A stretch of DNA of 64,000 bases from Nitrospinota bacterium (GTDB lineage Bacteria > Nitrospinota > Nitrospinia > Nitrospinales > Nitrospinaceae), in contig JAOUPX010000001.1 of NCBI GenBank assembly GCA_029879645.1, positions 4,417 to 68,416 on the forward strand. The letters run 5' to 3'. Below are positions 47,240-55,746 of the stretch, in pieces. The notes beneath the pieces are model-generated. The model saw only the letters and a list, made by a program, of their open reading frames with translations, searched no databases and was not told the origin of the DNA. The first letter of the stretch is position 1. Each line of letters begins with the position of its first letter. A program made the position numbers and the translations under genes.

Positions 47240-49006
47240 GTGCATTCAGGAATAGCTGTATCCAGCGGAGTGGCCATCGGAAAAGCCTACCTGCTTGACA
47301 GGTCCAAGGTGTGTGTTATTAAGCGCTCTATCCCTGACCATGAAATCGAAAATGAGATCAACCGCCTGCGCGGAGCCATTGAAAAATCCAAAGAGCAGAT
47401 GCGGGACATCAAGCAAAGAGCAGGGTCCATCGCTGACAAGTATGCCATTATCCTGGATACCTACACCCTGCTTCTGGAAGACGAAATCCTGGTAAACGAA
47501 ACCATCGAGACCATTCGACGCGAAGGCTCCAACGCAGAATGGGCTCTTACGGTTACCCTCGAAAAATTCACCAACCTGTTCAACAACATCAATGACGATT
47601 ATTTAAAGGGTAAAAAAGATGACCTGAATCTGGTAGTGCACGGGGTCATCAAAAACTTGATTGGCCACCACCAGGAAAGTCTTTCCGATATCGATGAGCC
47701 GGTAATCATCATTACCCACGAATTGAGTCCATCGGATACCATAATGATGTCGAAGAACTATATACAAGGAATGGCAACCGAAGTGGGCGGAAAAACTTCG
47801 CATGTCGGCATTTTTGCTTCGGCCTTGGGAATACCGGCTGTGGTTGGCCTGGGGAATCTCACTGAATTCATCAATTCCGGTGATACCGTGATTATCGACG
47901 GCATTCAGGGGGAGGTAATCGTTAACCCGGATAAAAAACAATTAAGCCATTATCAGAAGAAACAGAAAAACTATCTGCGCTATGAAAAAAATCTTCTTAA
48001 AGACATAGGTCTGGAAGCAGAAACGCTGGACGGAGAGAAAGTTCAACTGATGGCAAATATAGAATCTATCCACGAGGCAAAATCCATTTCGAAATTTGGG
48101 GGAGAAGGCATTGGCCTATACCGGACGGAATATTTATACCTGGCCTCCAACTCCTTACCCACTGAAGACGACCTCTATGTCAATTTTAAAAAAATAGTCC
48201 AAGTCATGGACCCCTATCCTGTGGTGATTCGTACCCTGGACATAGGAGCCGATAAGCAATTATCAAAAATCAACAATGTGCCCGAAGACAACCCGGCCCT
48301 TGGCTTGCGGGGGATTCGTCTTTCTTTGGCTCAGCCCAACCTTCTAATGGATCAATTGAAGGCAATTTTGCGGGCAAGCCTTTACGGAAAAACCAAAATC
48401 CTATATCCTATGGTGTCCAGTTCGGAGGAAATCATTGAGGCCAACGAATATCTTGAAAAAGCCAAGGAGGAATTAAGACAGGCCCAGATTCCCTTCCAGG
48501 AAGACATACCTGTGGGCGCTATGATAGAAACTCCTTCAGCGGCTCTTCTCGCAGACCACATTCTTAAATTAGTCGACTTTATCAGTATTGGAACTAATGA
48601 TTTGATACAATATGTTCTTGCGGTGGACCGGGTCAATGAAAGCGTGGCTCACCTGTATCAACCATTCCATCCTGCAATCTTGAAAGTTTTGCGTGGCATT
48701 TTTGAGATGGCGGACAAAATGAGAAAGCCCGTTTGCATTTGCGGTGAGTTGGGGGGTGACCCCATGGCTACCTTATTACTTTTAGGCCTGGGAAAAGTCC
48801 ACGAATTGAGCATGGAGCCCCACTCAATCCCCAAGGTGAAAAAAATTCTGCGAAAAGTGACTCTAAAAGAAGCCCGCAAATTAGCCGATCATGCTCTAAA
48901 ACTGCCAACATCTGAAGCCATCAACCGCTTCATTAACAAAGAAATGCGGAAACGTTTTCCTTCCGATTTTGACAGGGACATGGTCTTTAGCGAGAAAAAA
49001 AAGTAA
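47240..49006 (+). CDS. ptsI: Phosphoenolpyruvate-protein phosphotransferase (PTS enzyme I, no GAF domain)
   Basis: GGKTSHVGIFASALGIPAVVG (active His), GIGLYRTEYLY, IRTLDIGADK, GTNDLIQY. It has a GTG start. Confidence 0.9.
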   Translation: MHSGIAVSSGVAIGKAYLLDRSKVCVIKRSIPDHEIENEINRLRGAIEKSKEQMRDIKQRAGSIADKYAIILDTYTLLLEDEILVNETIETIRREGSNAEWALTVTLEKFTNLFNNINDDYLKGKKDDLNLVVHGVIKNLIGHHQESLSDIDEPVIIITHELSPSDTIMMSKNYIQGMATEVGGKTSHVGIFASALGIPAVVGLGNLTEFINSGDTVIIDGIQGEVIVNPDKKQLSHYQKKQKNYLRYEKNLLKDIGLEAETLDGEKVQLMANIESIHEAKSISKFGGEGIGLYRTEYLYLASNSLPTEDDLYVNFKKIVQVMDPYPVVIRTLDIGADKQLSKINNVPEDNPALGLRGIRLSLAQPNLLMDQLKAILRASLYGKTKILYPMVSSSEEIIEANEYLEKAKEELRQAQIPFQEDIPVGAMIETPSAALLADHILKLVDFISIGTNDLIQYVLAVDRVNESVAHLYQPFHPAILKVLRGIFEMADKMRKPVCICGELGGDPMATLLLLGLGKVHELSMEPHSIPKVKKILRKVTLKEARKLADHALKLPTSEAINRFINKEMRKRFPSDFDRDMVFSEKKK

Positions 49007-49014
49007 TGGAATGC

Positions 49015-49040
49015 ATCCCAGGCTCCGGCATGGGATTTCT
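49015..49040 (+). terminator. Weak hairpin terminator after ptsI
   Basis: A 6-bp stem ATCCCA / TGGGAT with a 10-nt loop, followed by TTCTATTAT. Confidence 0.35.
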
Positions 49041-49104
49041 ATTATCCAATAAATATTTTATTTAAACTTTGAATTCTTTCACACTCAAACCAAGGTAAGC
49101 TTTT

Positions 49105-50265
49105 ATGAGCTCAAGCAACTACTTATTTACCTCGGAATCCGTCTCCGAAGGTCATCCCGACAAAATAGCAGACCAGATATCGGATGCGATTCTCGATGCA
49201 CTTCTTAAACAGGACCCCAATTCCCGCGTCGCCTGCGAAACACTGGTCACCACCGGGCTCGTTGTTATTTCCGGTGAAGTAACCACTAAAGCCCGCGTGG
49301 AGATTCCCAAAATCGCCCGCCAAACCATCAAGGAAATTGGCTATACACACTCGGACATGGGATTCGATTACCAAACCTGCGGCGTCATGGTCACCCTGGA
49401 TGAACAGTCTCAAGATATCGCCCAGGGGGTGGATGACGACCAGCATGAGCAGGGAGCCGGGGACCAGGGAATGATGTTTGGTTATGCCTCTAACGAGACC
49501 AAGGAATTAATGCCCGCACCCATCGTCTATGCTCACAAGCTGGTCCGGAAACTGGCCGAAGTCCGTAAAAAAGGAATCCTTCCTTTTCTCCGACCCGACA
49601 GCAAATCACAGGTTTCCATACGTTATGAAAAGGGAAAACCGGTTTGCATTGAGACCATCGTTCTTTCCTCCCAGCACGATCCCGATGTATCCAATAAAAT
49701 AATTCGCTCTGGAATTATCGACGAAGTTATCAATAAAGTGGTTCCAACAAGTTTTCAGGCTAAAAAAATGAAAATTCATATCAATCCCACCGGCCGTTTT
49801 GTAATAGGAGGTCCACAGGGGGATTGCGGATTAACCGGACGAAAAATCATTGTCGATACTTATGGGGGTTTTGCCCGTCATGGTGGTGGAGCATTTTCGG
49901 GAAAGGATTCGACCAAAGTCGACCGATCAGCCGCCTATATGGCACGGTATATAGCTAAAAACCTGGTGGCCGCTAAAATTGCAGACCGATGTGAAGTTCA
50001 GTTGGCCTATGCCATAGGCGTTGCAGACCCCGTCTCCATCTTCATCGACACGTTCAATACCCATAATATTAATCCCAAAAACATTGAAGGCCTGATTCGG
50101 GATAACTTCAACTTGAAACCTGCGGGAATCATGAAAACGCTGGATTTGAAAAAACCGCGTTTTGGACCCACCGCAGCTTATGGCCACTTTGGCAGGTCAG
50201 AAAAAAGTTTTACCTGGGAAAAAACCGACAAAGCCGCCAAATTAAAAAAATCAGCGGGCTTGTAA
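49105..50265 (+). CDS. metK: S-adenosylmethionine synthase
   Basis: [44 protein letters not shown]. Confidence 0.97.
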   Translation: MSSSNYLFTSESVSEGHPDKIADQISDAILDALLKQDPNSRVACETLVTTGLVVISGEVTTKARVEIPKIARQTIKEIGYTHSDMGFDYQTCGVMVTLDEQSQDIAQGVDDDQHEQGAGDQGMMFGYASNETKELMPAPIVYAHKLVRKLAEVRKKGILPFLRPDSKSQVSIRYEKGKPVCIETIVLSSQHDPDVSNKIIRSGIIDEVINKVVPTSFQAKKMKIHINPTGRFVIGGPQGDCGLTGRKIIVDTYGGFARHGGGAFSGKDSTKVDRSAAYMARYIAKNLVAAKIADRCEVQLAYAIGVADPVSIFIDTFNTHNINPKNIEGLIRDNFNLKPAGIMKTLDLKKPRFGPTAAYGHFGRSEKSFTWEKTDKAAKLKKSAGL

Positions 50266-50373
50266 AATTACTTAATCAGAGGTATCGATCAAATTTTCTA
50301 GATTCGTTTGTGCTAACTTAAAGATTCTGATTTAATTATCTCATCTTTCATATAACGGGGAGGATCAATTACA

Positions 50374-51423
50374 GTGGCTCAAAGAATTCGGATCGGAATC
50401 ATCGGCGCGGGCACCAATACCCGGAAGGTCCATATCCCTAACCTCCAAGCATTGGAGGAAGTGCATATTGTGGAAGTGGCCAACCGGTCCCCCATCTCTG
50501 CCCAGAAAGTTGCCGACGAGTTTCATATTCCCGTTGTTCGCAACCATTGGCAGGAAATAATCGAATCCCCGGAGGTGGACGCCATCGTTATCGGCACCTG
50601 GCCCAATCTGCATTGCGAGGCGTCCTGCATGGCTTTACAGGCGGACAAACACGTCCTGTGCGAAGCCAGAATGGCTATGAATGAAAGCGAAGCGCGCACC
50701 ATGTTGCAAGCTGCCTATAAACACCCGAATTGCATATCCCAAATTGCACCATCACCTTTTACCCTCCATGCCGATTTAACCCTTCTCCACATGCTTGACA
50801 CCAATGAGATCGGCACACCACGGTTTTTCCGTTTCGACTACCAGACTCCTCCCCTGGTTCCTCTTGGAGGAGAACTTCATTGGAGACGAAACAAGTTATA
50901 CAGCGGCACCAATATAATGGTACTGGGAATCATTTATGAATCACTGCTTCGCTGGTTTGGGCCCGCTGAATGGGTTAATGCCCATGCGGAAGTGATCAAT
51001 AATCGCGCCATCGACCCGGGAACTCAACAGGAAGTGGAAGTTGAAGTCCCAGATTATCTGTCGGTCCAGATGAAAACAACCAGTGGAGTTGTTGGCTCCC
51101 TGTTTCTACACGAATTGTCCAATCAACCCCGGCAATCTTCCATCAGGATATACGGTGACAAGGGGTTCATTCATTTGGACTTTGAACCAGGTGGAAAACT
51201 GTATCGATCCATCAATTCGGCCGGTGAAATGCAGGAGGTAAGAATTCCCGCGGGACAACTTGGGAAATGGAGAGCGGAAGAGGAATTCATCAATTCCATC
51301 CGGGGCCTGGAAGACATCGAGCTCACTACGTTTACCACCGGAGTGGAATATATGAAATTTACCCAGGCAGTGAACGACAGCTTTAATAATAACGGCGAGC
51401 GCATCACCATCCACGTGGGCTAA
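50374..51423 (+). CDS. Gfo/Idh/MocA-family NAD(P)-dependent oxidoreductase
   Basis: The N-terminal Rossmann motif IGIIGAGTNTRKVHIPNL and the LCEARMA block (EKP-equivalent). It has a GTG start. Confidence 0.8.
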   Translation: MAQRIRIGIIGAGTNTRKVHIPNLQALEEVHIVEVANRSPISAQKVADEFHIPVVRNHWQEIIESPEVDAIVIGTWPNLHCEASCMALQADKHVLCEARMAMNESEARTMLQAAYKHPNCISQIAPSPFTLHADLTLLHMLDTNEIGTPRFFRFDYQTPPLVPLGGELHWRRNKLYSGTNIMVLGIIYESLLRWFGPAEWVNAHAEVINNRAIDPGTQQEVEVEVPDYLSVQMKTTSGVVGSLFLHELSNQPRQSSIRIYGDKGFIHLDFEPGGKLYRSINSAGEMQEVRIPAGQLGKWRAEEEFINSIRGLEDIELTTFTTGVEYMKFTQAVNDSFNNNGERITIHVG

Positions 51424-51435
51424 TCCCCATCTCTC

Positions 51436-52116
51436 ATGAAGGCCCTCAATCTCCATTCATGGAAGGTCACCCCGCAACAAGCCCTGAAAATCCAAACAGA
51501 GCTGGCAAACCAGGTGGAGCAGAAAAGCAGACTAAAACCGCCTCAATGGATAGCGGGTGCCGATATCAGCCTGACGCAGGAAAGTAATGAAGCTTTCGCA
51601 GGAATTGTGGTCTTGAACGCCAAAACCCTGAAAATTGCAGACGAGTATTACATCAGAGGTACCATCGATTTCCCTTACATTCCAGGACTGCTTTCCTTTC
51701 GGGAAGCCCCCTTGCTCCTGAAACTTTTCAAAAAAGTATCCCCCGCCCCTCAACTGATTTTTTTTGACGGTCATGGGATCGCCCATCCGCGCAAATTAGG
51801 CCTCGCGTCTCATTTAGGTTTATTCCTGGACTGCCCCACCATCGGCTGTGCCAAAAGCCGACTGACCGGAAAATTCCGGGAACCCGGCTTGAAAAAGGGA
51901 AGCCGATCCCGCTTGCTGGACAAGGAGGGACAAACTATAGGCTCCGTACTGAGGACACGCGAAAACTGCAAACCGGTATTCGTTTCAGTGGGGCATCAAA
52001 TCGATCTCGACTCGGCAGTTCAATGGTCCCTCAAATGCACCACCCATTACCGAATCCCCGAACCCACTCGCCTGGCCCATATCCGGGTCAATGCATTTCG
52101 CAAGAATCTTAGCTAG
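51436..52116 (+). CDS. nfi: Endonuclease V
   Basis: IAGADIS, YIPGLLSFREAP, FDGHGIAHPRKLGLASHLG, IGCAKS. Confidence 0.9.
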   Translation: MKALNLHSWKVTPQQALKIQTELANQVEQKSRLKPPQWIAGADISLTQESNEAFAGIVVLNAKTLKIADEYYIRGTIDFPYIPGLLSFREAPLLLKLFKKVSPAPQLIFFDGHGIAHPRKLGLASHLGLFLDCPTIGCAKSRLTGKFREPGLKKGSRSRLLDKEGQTIGSVLRTRENCKPVFVSVGHQIDLDSAVQWSLKCTTHYRIPEPTRLAHIRVNAFRKNLS

Positions 52117-52119
52117 CCG

Positions 52120-52737
52120 TTAAGTTTTACGCGCCACCACTAATCGCCCGCTTCCGCCATAGACGTTTTCAGCGTGGTGGATGGAAAATCCGGCCTGCTC
52201 CACTTCCCGCTCCAGCTCCCCCGGTCGATATCCGTGCCAATAACCGGTTTTTAACTGCCTCTCTATATGTTTGAGCCCCATGTGAAGTGTGAGAGGATAA
52301 ACCAGAAGTTTCTTAATCGGAGAAAGCCGTCCTTGGTTTTTAAGACTCTCAATACTGGAGCGGATGATTTCCTTGGAGTTATAGGAATGAACGGGGTTGG
52401 CGGTTACCAATAATCCACCCGGCCTAAGAACCCTGCCCAATTCCCGGTACACTCCCTCCCTCTCCCTTGCCTCTGGTAAGGTGTAAACCGAGAAATGCGC
52501 AACTACGCAGGTCATGGAGTTATTGGCGACTGGTAACATCTGACAGAGATTGACTTGCAGGGTAGAAACCGGTATGCCCAATCTCTTAGCTCTCTGCCTG
52601 AGTGAATGAAAACCGGCGGAAAGAAGATCGGCGCCAATGTATTTCCCATCCGCCCCTATTGAGTTGATTAAAAAAGGCAAAAGCATTCCCGAGCCGCATC
52701 CTGCATCCAGAACCCTTTCACCTTCCTTTAGCTCCAC
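52120..52737 (-). CDS. Class I SAM-dependent methyltransferase (minimum extent; the true start is probably upstream)
   Basis: Motif I VLDAGCGSG sits only 9 residues after the GTG at 52737. The frame stays open for 38 more codons (to 52851) that read like a genuine N-terminus. Confidence 0.8.
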   Translation of the reverse strand: MELKEGERVLDAGCGSGMLLPFLINSIGADGKYIGADLLSAGFHSLRQRAKRLGIPVSTLQVNLCQMLPVANNSMTCVVAHFSVYTLPEAREREGVYRELGRVLRPGGLLVTANPVHSYNSKEIIRSSIESLKNQGRLSPIKKLLVYPLTLHMGLKHIERQLKTGYWHGYRPGELEREVEQAGFSIHHAENVYGGSGRLVVARKT

Positions 52738-52912
52738 AAATTTTGCTGTAGTGCGGAGGGAATCTAAATAAGCCTCCGGACTCAGCCAATCGTAAAGCCG
52801 GGTCTGAAAACCAATTTGCCAATACCTTTTGTACAGGGATGAAAAAATAATCTAATCTCCGCCTTGTTCAGTACATACAATGACCATATAATGGGGCCTG
52901 ATTACTTCTGAA

Positions 52913-53359
52913 TTGGATTCTATTATGGCTAAAAAACCTTTCATTAACAAATACGGATTTGTCGAATACCCCTTCTTGCACGACGACCGAAAGGGTAAAA
53001 ACTGGTGGTTTTTCAACCTGTTGGAGGATCACTTAAAACGGCGTTGCCGAAAAAAACTGGGACCGGACTACACCAAGCAGGATATGCACGAGGAAATGCT
53101 GACTTTCCTGCATGATACCAATCTCAAATTTTATGCATTGGTGCCGGTGGGAATGGGAATGGAATTCAAATTGATCGGCAGATACGAAACCAAGGAATTG
53201 GTCCACCTGGAAGACCCGGTGCCCTACATCACCGAAAAATATGGCGGAGGCAAGTTCAAAGTCAACATCTATCACGAAGGTACCTTTGCCGGCACGGAGA
53301 ACTACAAGACCCATGGAGACCCCCATTGGGTCGAAATCCCGGACGACGACCTCGCCTAA
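52913..53359 (+). CDS. Hypothetical protein (no family recognised)
   Basis: 148 aa with protein-like composition (K/E/D/Y/H-rich), whereas the antisense ORF looks like a shadow. The start is either TTG 52913 or ATG 52925. It converges on the rSAM gene with a 7-nt gap. Confidence 0.55.
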   Translation: MDSIMAKKPFINKYGFVEYPFLHDDRKGKNWWFFNLLEDHLKRRCRKKLGPDYTKQDMHEEMLTFLHDTNLKFYALVPVGMGMEFKLIGRYETKELVHLEDPVPYITEKYGGGKFKVNIYHEGTFAGTENYKTHGDPHWVEIPDDDLA

Positions 53360-53366
53360 AGCCCAA

Positions 53367-54434
53367 TCATGTGAAATTGTAGGCGAAACACCCGCTGGTG
53401 CAACGCACCATGTAATGCGGACAGCTTCTACAGGGCTCTTTCGGCTGTGTATCTTCAAACACATGGCCGAGGAATTTAGTGTGCATTTTTTTTACAGCGA
53501 TATCGTTGACTTCCTTGAATTCCTGAATATTTCCTAATTTGAAATTATGAAATGGAAAACAATTAAAGCAATCTCCCTGGGGATTGACATCCATTGGACT
53601 GTCATCGGCGCACCCAAGATACAAATCCTGTTCCTTCCACTTTGTGATTTCCGGAACCGGTTGGTTGGCATGATAAAAAAAACGTTCCACCAGGGGATAC
53701 TCTTCTTCGGAAATATTGTCCAGCAAACAGGGCGGAAACGAACAATCAAACCGAAAGGTCAACTGTGGTAGCTCCTTAAGCAAATCAATCATTTTTCGTC
53801 CCATTCCGGGGTAATCCCTGATCGGCAAAGTCACATTGTCCTGTTCTCCAACGATAGGAAACGCAGGGCTGACCCTGACTTTGTAGTTTTGCTCTTCGGG
53901 TAAACCAAGATCCTGATAAATAGCATCGATTTCTCGACACTGAGTCTCCAGGTCCTGATCCACTGAGTACAAATTGATACTGAACATCATGCTGTATCCG
54001 TTTTCACTGAGAATCGCTTCTGCCACCTCTCGGCAACGTTCATGATTTCGTTCGCTGATATTTTCCATGGTTTGCCAGTTAAGTAGCACCGAGAATTGAA
54101 TCTGACGCTGAATACTGCCCTCCGGACCCACCGTTTTTAACAGCAGATCGAGAGTCTTCTCCGGCATCAATCCGTTGGTAAAAACTCCCAGAAAAGTAAA
54201 AGGTTGCATGGTGTCCAATGTGCTGGAAAGAATATCATTGAACTGCGGGTGAAGGGTTGGCTCACCACCCATGAAATTGATCAGCGTGACGTTTTTAATC
54301 CGGGGCAACATTTCTGTGGAAAAATAATCAAAATCCATGGACTTCCCGGGGGTTTTGACAGTCTCGTCCATGTATTCGTCAGCGAAACAGTAGTTACATT
54401 TCAAATTACAATAGCTGTTCAGAATTATATTCAT
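53367..54434 (-). CDS. Radical SAM enzyme with a SPASM/twitch-type C-terminal Cys-rich domain
   Basis: CNLKCNYC at residues 9-16 (CxxxCxxC), FMGGEPTLHP, and the C-terminal FDCSFPPC, GCADDSPMDVNPQGDCFNC and CRSCPHYMVRCTSGC. Confidence 0.85.
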   Translation of the reverse strand: MNIILNSYCNLKCNYCFADEYMDETVKTPGKSMDFDYFSTEMLPRIKNVTLINFMGGEPTLHPQFNDILSSTLDTMQPFTFLGVFTNGLMPEKTLDLLLKTVGPEGSIQRQIQFSVLLNWQTMENISERNHERCREVAEAILSENGYSMMFSINLYSVDQDLETQCREIDAIYQDLGLPEEQNYKVRVSPAFPIVGEQDNVTLPIRDYPGMGRKMIDLLKELPQLTFRFDCSFPPCLLDNISEEEYPLVERFFYHANQPVPEITKWKEQDLYLGCADDSPMDVNPQGDCFNCFPFHNFKLGNIQEFKEVNDIAVKKMHTKFLGHVFEDTQPKEPCRSCPHYMVRCTSGCFAYNFT

Positions 54435-54879
54435 GGATCAATCCCTTTTATTGGTGGAGCCAATCGCACAAAAGTCTGGGAACGAAAAGGCAGGACCCGT
54501 TTATCCTTGCAGGAGCAAGTCTAGGCCCGTCTCAGGAGCAGAAATTCAGAAAAGGGACGATACAAAAAGCCTATCAGAATTGACCATTAAGAATTGATTG
54601 CACTATATAGGACTTTTCATATATATTGTAGGAAATTTCCGAAACGATTTCCTTTTGCGAGGATTGGGCCACGGACCCGGTTCCTCCCCACCCAAGTAGA
54701 AATTAGGCTACCCCAGCCGGCCTCGGCACACCGCGTCAGGCGGATATAACACGGAGATAAAATCAATCCAGTACTAATGATTAATATCCTCCGGTTTCCC
54801 ATTCGTTCTCCCAGAAATTGACATCCAATAATATGACCGTCCATGCATCCGAGCATGGTCATCAGATTACGGAGGAACC

Positions 54880-55740
54880 ATGCTGGCCTTTGCCAAAGAC
54901 ATCACCCAGAAATCTCCCACCCACCACGATGAAATTAAAAACCCTGAATTAAAAAATTACATGAATTATCAGCGGAAACTCAACCATGTCCGCATCGTTT
55001 ATTGCTCCCTAAAAAACTCAAAGAATGACCTGGAGGAAAGCCTTCAGATATTCAGGAAAAATGGGGAAAACCTGGAACCTTACATCGAGCAGGCTTTCCC
55101 TTTATCCCATCATTTCGCTGATGACAAAACCCTTCTTATTATGCTGAAAAAGCTGGTTAGCGGACATAATGACGATAAACAATGGTACCGGATGAATGAC
55201 TACTACCACGCATTGGTCCATGATTGCATGAACCGTTTTATACAGAAATACAATCAATGGGTCCGCGATTCCGCCGAAGAAGTCAACGAATACACTTTTG
55301 CCAGGGGCGGAGAAATTGATTTTGGAGATTGGGCTTACCTGTATTTTCCACATTTGGATTTTCATATCGGCGCTAAACTGGATTACACCCATTACCCCTT
55401 TGCCAAACGCAATAAGACCATTGAAGAAGAAATCGAAAAGATGATTCAAAATAACGAAACCTTTGAATCAGCCCTTAAATCGCTCCGCCAGAAATATGAA
55501 ATCAATGACACTGCCATCAAGGTGGTTCTGCACCGAAAAATCAGCCGGGAAGATATGGAGTTGTTCCATACGTCCATAAAAAACCCGATTTACGAATTAT
55601 TGACGCATAGACAGACAGGAAGCTGGGACGCCGTAGATGGCGATACTCTGATGGACCAGGCTTATAATTTCGGCTCTCAGTTGAAAATATGGACCTGGGG
55701 AAAGAAAAAGAAGAGAATTAAAACGGAAGAATCGTTTTGA
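54880..55740 (+). CDS. Hypothetical protein, paralog of the 40114-40782 product
   Basis: 286 aa with GGAGG 5 nt upstream of the ATG. It is His/Tyr-rich (YYHALVHDC, FPHLDFH, YTHYPF). See the paralogy finding. Confidence 0.65.
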   Translation: MLAFAKDITQKSPTHHDEIKNPELKNYMNYQRKLNHVRIVYCSLKNSKNDLEESLQIFRKNGENLEPYIEQAFPLSHHFADDKTLLIMLKKLVSGHNDDKQWYRMNDYYHALVHDCMNRFIQKYNQWVRDSAEEVNEYTFARGGEIDFGDWAYLYFPHLDFHIGAKLDYTHYPFAKRNKTIEEEIEKMIQNNETFESALKSLRQKYEINDTAIKVVLHRKISREDMELFHTSIKNPIYELLTHRQTGSWDAVDGDTLMDQAYNFGSQLKIWTWGKKKKRIKTEESF

Positions 55741-55746
55741 TCTTAT

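Noticed and set aside
53033-53464. A 143-codon minus-strand ORF overlapping the 148-aa gene and the rSAM 3' end.
   Set aside because: Its composition (V/F/S/H-rich, no charged periodicity) looks like an antisense shadow, and it would overlap the rSAM C-terminal Cys motifs in another frame. The plus-strand 148-aa reading is more protein-like.
54661-54745. A tRNA or tRNA-like element in the GC-rich block of the rSAM spacer.
   Set aside because: I could find no T-loop (GTTCRANYC), acceptor/D/anticodon stem arrangement on either strand.
54700-54775. A possible guanidine-I (ykkC)-like riboswitch, because of ACACGG..GATAAAA and GGTTCC strings.
   Set aside because: The defining CUAGGGUUCCG and GGUCCGAGAG blocks are absent, the spacing is wrong, and neither flanking gene is a typical guanidine-responsive gene. 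The resemblance is probably coincidental.
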